Assembly (NCBI GenBank): GCA_900552265.1
Contig: URZE01000003.1
Location: 23,336-87,335, forward strand
Source: an uncultured Oscillospiraceae bacterium
Lineage (GTDB): Bacteria > Bacillota > Clostridia > Oscillospirales > Acutalibacteraceae
Reading direction: 5' to 3'
Length of the DNA: 64,000 nt
The position numbers and the translations under genes were made by a program. The notes under the pieces were generated by a model, which was not told the DNA's origin, did no database searches, and saw nothing but the letters and a program-made list of their open reading frames with translations. Positions 10,478 through 19,959 of the stretch are shown piece by piece. The number at the start of each line of letters is the position of its first letter. Within the stretch, counting starts at the first letter, position 1.

Positions 10478-11049
10478 TTTAATCCCTCTTTCCGAATTAA
10501 ATACATTTTGAAATAATTATACTTAACACTTCAAAAACAGTAAATATACAAATCGAAGTACCCTATTTAATCCAAAATTATTACTTTCAAACACCAAATA
10601 AGGAATTATATTCCAAAATCTAAAAAATTTCATACTTTTTCTTACCTAAAATTGTAAATAAAACACTTTTAAATAATTTTATTCAATTATTAAAAACTTT
10701 TACAACAAAATATATTGTCATTTTAAACTTTAGCTTTTATGTTTGATTTAAATATATTTATTACATTATTTTATTTTTTTTATTAGTTTTATCACAACAT
10801 TATCGTAATATAAAATAATTTGTTGATTTTAAGTTGAATTAATCTTAAAATAGTTATTATTTAGACGATTATATATCGAAAATAATAAAAGTCTTTATAA
10901 ATGTTATCAACAATCGGTTTTTCGAAATTTTTATTGCGTTTGAAAACTTTACCGTGATGTGATATGATTAGGATATTATAAGAAGAATTTACATTTCCGG
11001 TTGTGACCTAACATACATACAAACGAATATATCAGGAGGAATTAGGTTT

Positions 11050-12141
11050 ATGAGTTTCGAGTTTGACAATGATGCCGAAGAAACAGTACAGATAAAAGTA
11101 ATAGGTGTTGGCGGAGGCGGAGGCAATGCCGTTAACCGTATGGTTGATTCAGGAGTAAAATGCGTTGAATTTATATGCATAAACACCGACAGACAAGCTC
11201 TGTTGCGCTCCAAAGCAACTCATAAAATTCAAATCGGAGAAAAAATTACGAGAGGAAAAGGTGCCGGCTCTAAACCTGAGATAGGTCAAAGAGCAGCGGA
11301 AGAAAGTCGTGACGAAATAATAGCAGCTATTAAAGGCGCCGATATGGTATTTATTACTGCCGGAATGGGCGGTGGAACCGGAACGGGTGCTGCTCCGGTA
11401 GTAGCTCAGATAGCAAGAGAAATGGGTATATTAACAATCGGAATCGTAACCAAGCCTTTCGCTTTTGAAGGTCAGAAAAGAATGGAACAAGCTGAAAATG
11501 GCGTAACTTTACTAAGAGAACAAGTCGATTCTTTGGTGGTTATACCTAATGAAAGACTCAAACTTGCAAGTCAACAGAGAATAACACTAATGAATGCATT
11601 TATAGTAGCTGACGATGTTCTAAGACAAGGTGTACAAAGTATCTCCGACCTTATTTTGTTACCGGGTCTTGTAAATCTTGACTTTGCAGACGTTACCTCA
11701 ATAATGAAAGATGCAGGGTATGCTCATATGGGTGTGGGTCGTGCTTCCGGAAAAGATAAAGCCGAAGTTGCCGCAAACATGGCTATATCCAGTCCGCTCC
11801 TCGAAACAGCAATAAACGGTGCAAAAGGTGTAATCATAAATGTAACTGCTTCACCGGACATTGGACTTGACGAAATTGAAACTGCTTCTTCACTGATTGC
11901 AAAACAAGCTGATAAGAATGCAAACATAATTTGGGGTGCTGCGTTTGATGAAACCATGGATGATGAAATCAGCGTAACGGTCATAGCAACCGGATTTTCA
12001 AAACGTGAATCTGAATTTCCTATTCCCAAATCTCACAAAATTCAAGAAAACGTAAAAAGTTTTTCTTCCGATGAATCTTCCAAAGACAGTAACGATGATG
12101 ACAGTTTTTATGATATAATGTCGATATTTAAAAACAGATAA
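11050..12141 (+). CDS. ftsZ: cell division GTPase FtsZ
   Basis: 363 aa. GGGTGTG tubulin signature, [18 protein letters not shown]-terminal conserved peptide [18 protein letters not shown]. No ftsA upstream (570-bp AT-rich spacer). Confidence 0.95.
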   Translation: MSFEFDNDAEETVQIKVIGVGGGGGNAVNRMVDSGVKCVEFICINTDRQALLRSKATHKIQIGEKITRGKGAGSKPEIGQRAAEESRDEIIAAIKGADMVFITAGMGGGTGTGAAPVVAQIAREMGILTIGIVTKPFAFEGQKRMEQAENGVTLLREQVDSLVVIPNERLKLASQQRITLMNAFIVADDVLRQGVQSISDLILLPGLVNLDFADVTSIMKDAGYAHMGVGRASGKDKAEVAANMAISSPLLETAINGAKGVIINVTASPDIGLDEIETASSLIAKQADKNANIIWGAAFDETMDDEISVTVIATGFSKRESEFPIPKSHKIQENVKSFSSDESSKDSNDDDSFYDIMSIFKNR

Positions 12142-12156
12142 ATCTTTATGACAATT

Positions 12157-12186
12157 CTCCCATCCGATTTTTGGTGGGAGTTTTTG
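12157..12186 (+). terminator. rho-independent terminator downstream of ftsZ
   Basis: ctcccatc-cgattttt-ggtgggag followed by TTTTT. Confidence 0.65.
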
Positions 12187-12655
12187 TGGATTAAAAATAA
12201 AATTCAATGAAGTTTAGAATTATAAAAAAATTTGAACTAATAAGAGTATGAAATGGATTCAAATCAACTTTTTATAGAAGCCAACATACAAAAATCAAAG
12301 ATAAGTTATGATATATCGCTTCACTGAAAAGTATTACTAAGCAAATCAAGGTAACTGTACCTGTGTTTATAAAACACTATAAAATTAAAAAATCCGTTAG
12401 AAAAATCAAACTTAAACATGAAATTATTACAACATATAATAAACGATTGTTAATACAATTAAAATGTTTATACATATTTTATTTCTTATATACTTTTAAA
12501 CGTAAAACAATGCATTTAATCATAAAAATTTTATAAAACAAATTTGTACTCGTGTTCTTGTATTGACAGTTTTTTATTTTTTCTGTATTTACATTAACTT
12601 TCATAAAAATTAAAACTTTCACATATAGATTCTTAAAAGAATTTATATTTCGGGA

Positions 12656-12925
12656 GTGTATTATGTGAAAGAAATACTTGAATACAGAGCAATAAAGTTG
12701 GGAGAATATATAGTAAAAAATAAGTCTACGGTAAGAAGTGCGGCAAAAAAATTCGGTGTAAGTAAAAGTACTGTGCATAAAGATGTTTCGGAACGACTTA
12801 AAAATATAAATTTATCTCTTTATGAAGAAGTAAAAGATGTTCTTAAAATAAATAAAGCTCAGCGGCATATCCGTGGAGGATACGCTACAAAAAAGAAATA
12901 TGCTATGAAAAAAGTTAATCACTAA
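12656..12925 (+). CDS. spoIIID: stage III sporulation protein D (SpoIIID), mother-cell transcription regulator
   Basis: 89 aa. From memory this aligns with B. subtilis SpoIIID (IKLGEYIVKNKSTVRSAAKKFGVSKSTVHKDV...EEVKDVLKINKAQRHIRGGYATKKKY). GTG start at 12656 or 12665 (GGGAG RBS). Confidence 0.85.
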   Translation: MYYVKEILEYRAIKLGEYIVKNKSTVRSAAKKFGVSKSTVHKDVSERLKNINLSLYEEVKDVLKINKAQRHIRGGYATKKKYAMKKVNH

Positions 12926-13434
12926 AGCCAATCCTACATTTACATTACAATTATCGTAATCAGTATAAAATCTCCATTCAGTAAAAAATAAACTTAATAT
13001 TTTAAGTTATTAAATTTCATAGTTTTATAAAAATAAAATACGAGTAGATTATAAATTTTTATATCTTAATAATTCAATATTTTTAAAAAATGCGTTAGTA
13101 TTTAAAAATCTCCGTTATAATATCGAAATCAATTGAACAAACAAAAATCAAAAATTAATATTGGAAATTTAAGGACAAGCATTTAAAAAACATATTGAAC
13201 TTTAAAATATCAATCAACAACATTTTGTTTTGGAACAAATGATTGTAAAACTGTAGTTTCTACAGAAATTTTAAACTCGTTATAAAGTTAAATTACATTA
13301 TAAAAAAATAATTACTACATTTTTTAAAAAGTACATTATAAAATTATTTAAATATAAACTAACATTATACTTAAACTTGTTTTTGGATAAATTTTAGTGT
13401 TTTTGATATAATATTTTTCAGATCTAAAAGAGGA

Positions 13435-15231
13435 GTGATATTTATAAAAATAAAATATTTAAAAAAATCATTAAAATATCTTTCTACATATCGAAATATG
13501 TTGTTTTTAATTTTATTCAATTTGATTATATCGCAGATATGCGGATTTTTTTTGCCCTGTATAATGGCTGATATTGTAGATATAGGTATAAAACAACATG
13601 GATTTGTTGATATGGGAATTGTACGGGCGACTATGTCGGAATCTGAAATAATAAGGTGTCAAACTTCATACATACTGTCAAAGGGAGCAATTATGACGGG
13701 AATCACGCTGATTGTAGTGATTCTTGACGCTTTTACGGGGTATATAATTTCAAAAATTTCAGCGGATATGTCATTAAAGCTCAGGAGAGATGTGTTTTTA
13801 AAAATATCTGATTTTTCATATCGAGATTACGATAAATTTTCCGTCTCTTCGCTTATAACAAGAGCTACTTCCGATGTGGAAAGTGTAAAGATCATGGTTT
13901 TATCTTCCACAAAAATGGTAATTCTGCCTTTTATGATAGGCGGCGGAATTTTTATGGCAATACAAAAAAGTGCTTCAATGAGCAGTATAATGGCATGGGG
14001 ATCTGTTGGAGCCGTCGTGTGTGTTACAGCGTGTTTTTTGTTGGTAACTCCCAAAGTGAAAATTTTTCAAAAATTATTTGACAATTTCAATCAAATAATA
14101 AAGGAACGATTAAGCGGAGTACAGTTAATACGTGTTTTCGGTAAAGAAGAGTTTGAGCGTAAGAAATTTAAAAAATCAAATGAGAAATTAACTTCAACTT
14201 CGCTATTTATAAATAAGATTACAATTATGATGGTTCCGATTCTTACTGCTATAATAAATTTTATGACAGTTTTTATTGTTTGGGTCGGAGCTGAAAATAT
14301 AAGTAAAAGCAGTATGAATGTCGGAGATGTAATGGCTTTTTTGCAATACGCAACAATGGTAATAACGGCATTTGTAATGCTTTCGATAACGATTTCTTCT
14401 ATGCCGAAATTTTGGGTATCAGCAGAAAGAATTTTTGAAGTGCTGGACACAGAAACAGTTACTAAAAATGAGGGAAAAAAATTTATTGAAAATATAAATT
14501 TAATTGAATTCAAAGACGTTGAATTCAGATATCCGGGAGCAGAAGAAAACGTTTTAAGTAATTTAAATTTTACTATAAAAGCTGGAGACCGAATAGCAAT
14601 AACGGGAACTACGGGTTCAGGTAAATCCACATTGATTAAACTTTTGCTCGGATTTTATGCACCGTCAAACGGAAGTATACTTGTGAATGGTACTGACTTG
14701 AAAGATATCGATAAAAAAAATTTTTTAGAAAAAATCTCATATGTTCCGCAGGCCGGAACGCTGTTTTCGGGAAAACTTTCTTCTAATTTGCGTATAGGAA
14801 ATGAAAATGCAACAAAAGATGAAATGAAGCGTTCGTTGGAAATTGCTCAGATATCTGATTTTGTAAATGAAAACGGATTTGATTTTGAAATAATGAAAAA
14901 CGGTAACAATATTTCGGGAGGACAACGACAAAGAATAGCAATAGCTCGAGCTATTCTGAGAAATGCCGATATGTATGTGTTTGACGATAGTTTTTCTCGA
15001 TTAGATTTCAAAACTGATTCAAATTTAAGGAAAGCTCTTAATACACAAATTAAAGACGCTGTAAAAGTGACGGTTTCTCAAAGAATAGGTACGATAAAAC
15101 AATCTGATATGATAATTGTTTTAGATGAAGGAAAAATTTCCGGAATCGGAACTCATGAAAAACTCATGCTCGAATGTGAAATTTATAAAAATATGGCGGA
15201 ACTTCAGCTGGGAAAGGAGGAAGCAAAGTAA
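13435..15231 (+). CDS. ABC exporter, fused permease/ATPase (heterodimer subunit 1)
   Basis: 598 aa. Six TM segments then an NBD (Walker A GTTGSGKST, signature ISGGQRQRIAIARA, Walker B MYVFDDSFS). Exact start uncertain; the ATG at 13498 is possible. Confidence 0.85.
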   Translation: MIFIKIKYLKKSLKYLSTYRNMLFLILFNLIISQICGFFLPCIMADIVDIGIKQHGFVDMGIVRATMSESEIIRCQTSYILSKGAIMTGITLIVVILDAFTGYIISKISADMSLKLRRDVFLKISDFSYRDYDKFSVSSLITRATSDVESVKIMVLSSTKMVILPFMIGGGIFMAIQKSASMSSIMAWGSVGAVVCVTACFLLVTPKVKIFQKLFDNFNQIIKERLSGVQLIRVFGKEEFERKKFKKSNEKLTSTSLFINKITIMMVPILTAIINFMTVFIVWVGAENISKSSMNVGDVMAFLQYATMVITAFVMLSITISSMPKFWVSAERIFEVLDTETVTKNEGKKFIENINLIEFKDVEFRYPGAEENVLSNLNFTIKAGDRIAITGTTGSGKSTLIKLLLGFYAPSNGSILVNGTDLKDIDKKNFLEKISYVPQAGTLFSGKLSSNLRIGNENATKDEMKRSLEIAQISDFVNENGFDFEIMKNGNNISGGQRQRIAIARAILRNADMYVFDDSFSRLDFKTDSNLRKALNTQIKDAVKVTVSQRIGTIKQSDMIIVLDEGKISGIGTHEKLMLECEIYKNMAELQLGKEEAK

Positions 15232-17024
15232 TGAAGTCAAATGAGCAAACAAAAGATAAATCGCAAAATTCGGAAATAAAGAGAACAAGGTATAATATAA
15301 AGAAAGTTTGGAATTATGTTTCCGAATATAAGATATATATTTTTGTTATATTTATTTTTGCAATCCTTGAATCTTTGTCGATTGTTTTTGGTCCCAAACT
15401 TACCGGTAGTGCGATTACATTGCTGTCTGAAGAAAATATTGACTTTGATTATCTTTTTAAAATAATAATTAAAATGTTGTTGCTTTTTTCTGTTTATGCA
15501 TTGTCGTCATGTCTTGGTAGTTATTTCGTGTCACTTGTGACGATAAAAGTAACATACAGACTTCGCAATGAAATATCTCTCAAAATGGACAAGCTTTCTC
15601 TTGAATACATTAACAGCGTTAGTTATGGTGATGTCCTTTCTTGTGTTATGAACGATGTAGAAAGTCTTAGTTCAGCGTTTACACAAAGCATAAGTCGTAT
15701 TGCTTCATCTGTTGTAATGGCAATCGGAGTACTTTTTATGATGATATCAATAAGCTTTAAAATGACTCTTGCTTTTATAGCTGTTTTACCTGTGATAGGG
15801 ATTGTAGCGGTGATCATCTTAAAAAAATCACAAAAATATTTTGTTGAATATCAAAAACAACTCGGAGAAATAAATGGATTTATAGAAGAAACTTTTTCAG
15901 GTCACGAAGTTATAAGTATTTTTAATGCAAAAGATAAAATTAAAAACAATTTTGATGAAATAAATCATAGAATGTACGATTCTTCTCAAAAATCACAATT
16001 TTTATCAGGAATTACTCCTTGTGTGGTGGAAATGATTTCTAAAGCAAGTTACATAGTTTCATGCGTAATGGGAGGATATCTTGCGGTTATGAAATTACTG
16101 AGTATAGGTGATATAACAGCTTTCATTGCGTATTCTAATCAGTTTATGGAACCGGTCATTCAGGTAACTTCCATTTCGGGAATTCTACAGCAAATAGTCG
16201 CTTCTTCACAGAGAATTTTTGAATTTCTTGAAGCACCCGAAGAACCACAAAATGATAAAGAAGATTTGGATGTAAATATTAATTCTCTACAAACATATGA
16301 GATAGAATTTAAAAATGTAAGTTTTGGATATACTTCCGAAAAGAAAATAATAAAAGATTTTTCACTTAAAGTTAAATTAGGTCAAACTCTTGCAATAGTA
16401 GGAGAAACGGGTTCCGGTAAAACCACTCTTATAAATATTTTAATGAGATTTTTGGAAAATTTTGAGGGAGAAATATTGTTAGGTGGAAAAAATATAAAAA
16501 GTTTTTCTCTCAAAGAATACCGTAAACTATTTGGATTGGTAACTCAAGATTCCTGGTTATACGGCGGTACAATATATGAAAATATAGCTTACGGAAAAGA
16601 AAATTCTTCCGAAAATGAAATAAAATTTGCAGCTGAACATGTAGGAGCAAGTCATTTTATAGAGTCTTTACCTGCAGGATACAATACTGTAATTGCAGAA
16701 AATATGTATAACATATCCGAAGGTCAAAAACAGCTTTTATGTATTGCAAGAATGATATTGAAAAACGCTCCGATTTTTATCATGGATGAAGCCACATCTT
16801 CCGTCGACGTTTTTACGGAAAGCCGTATACAGAATACTCTAAAAAAAATTCTAAAGGATAAGACTTCCATTGTAATAGCGCACAGACTTAGTACTATAAA
16901 AAATGCTGATCTTGTGGCCGTTATGGAAAAAGGTAAACTTATGGAAATAGGTACGCATGATGAGCTTATGCATAAAGAGGGAATATATTTCAACATGTAT
17001 ATGAGTCAATTTGATAGAGTATAA
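15231..17024 (+). CDS. ABC exporter, fused permease/ATPase (heterodimer subunit 2)
   Basis: 597 aa. TMD then NBD (GETGSGKTT, ISEGQKQLLCIARM, IFIMDEATSS). Start overlaps the upstream stop (TAATG). Confidence 0.85.
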   Translation: MKSNEQTKDKSQNSEIKRTRYNIKKVWNYVSEYKIYIFVIFIFAILESLSIVFGPKLTGSAITLLSEENIDFDYLFKIIIKMLLLFSVYALSSCLGSYFVSLVTIKVTYRLRNEISLKMDKLSLEYINSVSYGDVLSCVMNDVESLSSAFTQSISRIASSVVMAIGVLFMMISISFKMTLAFIAVLPVIGIVAVIILKKSQKYFVEYQKQLGEINGFIEETFSGHEVISIFNAKDKIKNNFDEINHRMYDSSQKSQFLSGITPCVVEMISKASYIVSCVMGGYLAVMKLLSIGDITAFIAYSNQFMEPVIQVTSISGILQQIVASSQRIFEFLEAPEEPQNDKEDLDVNINSLQTYEIEFKNVSFGYTSEKKIIKDFSLKVKLGQTLAIVGETGSGKTTLINILMRFLENFEGEILLGGKNIKSFSLKEYRKLFGLVTQDSWLYGGTIYENIAYGKENSSENEIKFAAEHVGASHFIESLPAGYNTVIAENMYNISEGQKQLLCIARMILKNAPIFIMDEATSSVDVFTESRIQNTLKKILKDKTSIVIAHRLSTIKNADLVAVMEKGKLMEIGTHDELMHKEGIYFNMYMSQFDRV

Positions 17025-17235
17025 AACTAAGCCACCGAATATATCGGTGGCTGTTAATTTGTCTGTTAAAAGTATAAAATTTAAATTTTGATTTTTTACC
17101 TTTCATTGGGAAAGGAAAAATTACTTAGTCTTTTGGGTGGCATATAGGGTTGCTCTGGAGATTCACGGAAAGTAGTAGGTGTTCTAAGACTTTTTAATAT
17201 TTCCTTGTATTTTACCGTATTTTTTTTGACATCAC

Positions 17236-17547
17236 CTATGAGATTTTTTCACCGGTAGAAAGTTTATTCAATAATGTTACACGAGTAATGTCTCTAATGA
17301 CATTTTCATAATTTTCTTGTGTAAAGTTTTTTCCACCGCCGATACTTTCTAATTCTTCCTCAGAAATTTCTCCATTTTTTTCTTCGAATAATTCGAATAT
17401 TTTTTTCAATTCATTTGCTTTTTCAAGAGATATCTCTATTCCGTTGTCGTTAAGATATTTTTTAATTTCCTCCCCACTTGCAAGTGACTGGAGATATGGA
17501 ACGGTATCGGGTTTATCTAAAAATTCTATTATTTGCTCTTTTTCCAT
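17236..17547 (-). CDS. Nif11-like leader / double-glycine precursor peptide (about 73-aa leader, 30-aa Cys-free core)
   Basis: 103 aa. N-terminal Nif11-type domain (MEKEQIIEFLDK...SGEEIKKYLNDNGIEISLEKANEL). ISEEELESIGGG matches LSxxELxxIxGG. Core KNFTQENYENVIRDITRVTLLNKLSTGEKIS. RBS AGGAAG. Confidence 0.6.
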   Translation of the reverse strand: MEKEQIIEFLDKPDTVPYLQSLASGEEIKKYLNDNGIEISLEKANELKKIFELFEEKNGEISEEELESIGGGKNFTQENYENVIRDITRVTLLNKLSTGEKIS

Positions 17548-17829
17548 GGTTAACTTCCTTTCTATTAAAAAATTTGTTACTATTATATATTATTATTTAA
17601 TATAATACAATAAAAAAATTAAAAATATTAAAATAATATACTTTTTTTAAAAACATTTTAATATATAAAAATATTTTTTATTTAATATTAAGAAAATAAA
17701 AACACATAAAAACTGCAATATGTGTAGTTATATGGCATGTTATAAACCTTAACATATAACAATATTTGGTGGAAGTGTAACATATTGGTTAACGGATATA
17801 AAACCTTTTCGGTTCGGCTAAAAAATGAT

Positions 17830-17961
17830 ATGGTGGAGCAACTCGACCGTGTTGCATTTAATACGGGGAGAAGCAGAAATGAACTGATAGGGATGATGCT
17901 TCGTTTCGCTCTGGATAACTGCAAAATCGAAGGGAGTACCCCTTCAATAAGTGGGTTCTGA
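17830..17961 (+). CDS. possible ribbon-helix-helix (CopG/Arc-like) small protein, 43 aa (below ORF-track cutoff); maybe a remnant
   Basis: MVEQLDRVAFNTGRSRNELIGMMLRFALDNCKIEGSTPSISGF. Beta-strand plus helix pattern of RHH antitoxin/repressor N-termini. Lies in a GC-richer island inside a 0.9-kb AT-rich spacer. No clear SD. Confidence 0.3.
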   Translation: MVEQLDRVAFNTGRSRNELIGMMLRFALDNCKIEGSTPSISGF

Positions 17962-18163
17962 TTTATAAAGTCAGGCCCGGTTTTGCTACATAAATTACAG
18001 CAGATACAAAGTATAATTTGTACCTGCCGTAGTTTCGTATATATTTTTATGCTTCTTAGTTTTTTTCTTTTTTTATTCCGAATATTTTTCTCAAAATAAA
18101 TCCTAAAACACCGGGACTTTTTATTACAACAACTTTCATCCGTTAAACCCCCTATATTCAGAA

Positions 18164-18370
18164 TCAACATTTTATAAGAGCTATCGATAATATTACAAGT
18201 ATAATCGATATTATAATAATGATCAGAGATTCAGGAAATAAAAATGAAAGCGTAAGCCCCAGCCCGAAAGCAAGTGCCAGAATGCCTTGCTGTTTGTAGC
18301 CGCACATAAACTTCACCGCCGTTACTTTGAAAATTAATATGCGAATATAAGCCCGACTGAAACTTAACAT
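18164..18370 (-). CDS. hypothetical small membrane protein (2 predicted TM)
   Basis: 68 aa, very hydrophobic (ILALAFGLGLTLSFLF...IIIIISIILVILSIALI). Sits in an AT-rich region, so it may be spurious. Confidence 0.2.
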   Translation of the reverse strand: MLSFSRAYIRILIFKVTAVKFMCGYKQQGILALAFGLGLTLSFLFPESLIIIIISIILVILSIALIKC

Positions 18371-18437
18371 TTTAAAATTCTCTTTTTTTATATTATACTC
18401 ATTATTTCAAAAAATGTTATTTAAAGAAAACAAGAGT

Positions 18438-18797
18438 TTATATCTTAAGATTGATGTCAGATAAAGTAACGGCTGTTGCTACTTTGAGTGCAGAGGCAAT
18501 TTTTCTTTTTTCATTTGTATTTATGGGTTCACCGTTAAACATTAGTCCTTCTTGATTTTCCAGATCACTGATGAAATCTGAAATAATACTGTATATCTCG
18601 GATTTTTCGGGATTTATTTTATTTTTTTCATCCAAATTCAGTACATAATCACCGCTGGCATCAAGAATTCTGCAAATTTTTGCTAATGTAAAATTATCAG
18701 GTTCACGCCTCCCTTGTTCGTACATTCCGACGGTTGATGCGGAAATTCCTAATTTATCGGCCAACTGTGCCTGAGTGAGACCTGCTTTGATTCTCAA
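18438..18797 (-). CDS. XRE-family HTH transcriptional regulator
   Basis: 119 aa. N-terminal HTH LRIKAGLTQAQLADKLGISASTVGMYEQGRREP. TTG start. Confidence 0.7.
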   Translation of the reverse strand: MRIKAGLTQAQLADKLGISASTVGMYEQGRREPDNFTLAKICRILDASGDYVLNLDEKNKINPEKSEIYSIISDFISDLENQEGLMFNGEPINTNEKRKIASALKVATAVTLSDINLKI

Positions 18798-19240
18798 ATA
18801 TTTTAATTTGTGGGCTAAACTGTTGTTAATGGGTAATCACTCCCTGAAAAAGTATAGATACGGTGCTGTTGAATAAATTCGTGTTATAAAAACATTTAGA
18901 TTAGCACAAAATTCTAAAATAAATATTTATAAAGTATGATATAATATTTTTGAAAGTAAAAGTTAATAAAACTTTGTCGAAAGATGTTAAATTGTATAAT
19001 AATTATATCACTTACACATTTAGTGTGCAATAAATGTATAAGTAACCCACTTTTTGGAATTGTTATATTTTTTGTAAGATGATGTTAAAAATTAAATTAT
19101 TGTTGACTCGTTAATATACACATGATACCATAAATACGGAAGCCATGATTAAGGAATTTAAACAGGCAAAAAATTAAAGTATAACGGGAGCTTTTTATTT
19201 TTTATACTTAACTACACGAATCGTGTAAAGGAGAATTACT

Positions 19241-19456
19241 GTGTACTACAAAATTTTGTCTCAAAGATATTTGGAGGAAGCGGAAATCCTGAAAAAACAT
19301 ATTAAATCACTTAAAACACAATATGTGTTGAAAAACGAGGCTTCGGAAATTGATGAATTGCATTATCGTATTACGATTTTGTATGAAATGTATTTAGATT
19401 TAGTTCATGTGGGAAAATATTTACAAAGAAAGTATGAGGTGATGCAAAATGAGTAA
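19241..19456 (+). CDS. small helical protein, possible region-2-like partner of the downstream sigma-r4 protein
   Basis: 71 aa. GTG start with AAGGAG RBS. Overlaps the next ORF by 8 nt (translational coupling). Confidence 0.35.
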   Translation: MYYKILSQRYLEEAEILKKHIKSLKTQYVLKNEASEIDELHYRITILYEMYLDLVHVGKYLQRKYEVMQNE

Positions 19457-19748
19457 TCGTCCATTACTTTTGGACGGATTTACTGAGTCTTTAGTTAGTT
19501 TTTCCAACTATCGTAACGAAAAAAATGAAAAAGAAGATACTCACCATAAAAAGATGATATATTCGCTGAAAAAAATAATAGTTGGCGAACTTACACCTAA
19601 ACAACAAAGATGCGTTTGGCTTTATTACGGAGAGAGAAAAAAGATGAAAGATATAGCTTGTGAAATGGGTATAGGAGTTTCTTCGGTTTCCAGGCACTTA
19701 AAGAGGGCACGTATGCGCATAGAAAAAACAATGAATTATTATTTTTAA
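19449..19748 (+). CDS. sigma-70 region 4 (HTH) domain protein
   Basis: 99 aa. ELTPKQQRCVWLYYGERKKMKDIACEMGIGVSSVSRHLKRARMRIEK is a classic sigma region 4.2 / ECF-type HTH. No region 2 in this ORF. RBS GAGGTGA. Confidence 0.6.
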   Translation: MSNRPLLLDGFTESLVSFSNYRNEKNEKEDTHHKKMIYSLKKIIVGELTPKQQRCVWLYYGERKKMKDIACEMGIGVSSVSRHLKRARMRIEKTMNYYF

Positions 19749-19868
19749 AAAATACGACAAAAAACTAACAAAATATTACTTTTATTAACGTTTAATTTGC
19801 AGCAATCGTCAATATATGTGATTAAAAATTAAAATAATTCTAAAATATCAATATTATTCCAGCGTGGT

Positions 19869-19902
19869 TTGACAGTATTTTCCACACCTCGGTTTATATA
19901 AT
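19869..19902 (+). promoter_or_regulatory. spoIIE promoter: TTGACA (19869-19874), 22-bp spacer, TATAAT (19897-19902); the -35 is embedded in TTTGACA (0A-box-like)
   Basis: Read from the sequence. Same unusual architecture as the spoIIG promoter in this window. TTCGATA and TGTCAGG 0A-box-like heptamers lie downstream. Confidence 0.4.
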
Positions 19903-19959
19903 TAGTTTGTCAGGTATCGATGCGAAAGTATATTTCGATAAAACACAAATTATTTTGAG

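Noticed and set aside
17688-18170. 160-aa minus-strand ORF, plus several 60-120-aa ORFs in AT-rich spacers (e.g. 10989-11213, 11998-12207, 12479-12778)
   Set aside because: Low-complexity Lys/Ile/Asn-rich translations of AT-rich intergenic DNA. They overlap promoters or terminators or other genes. No RBS or domain.
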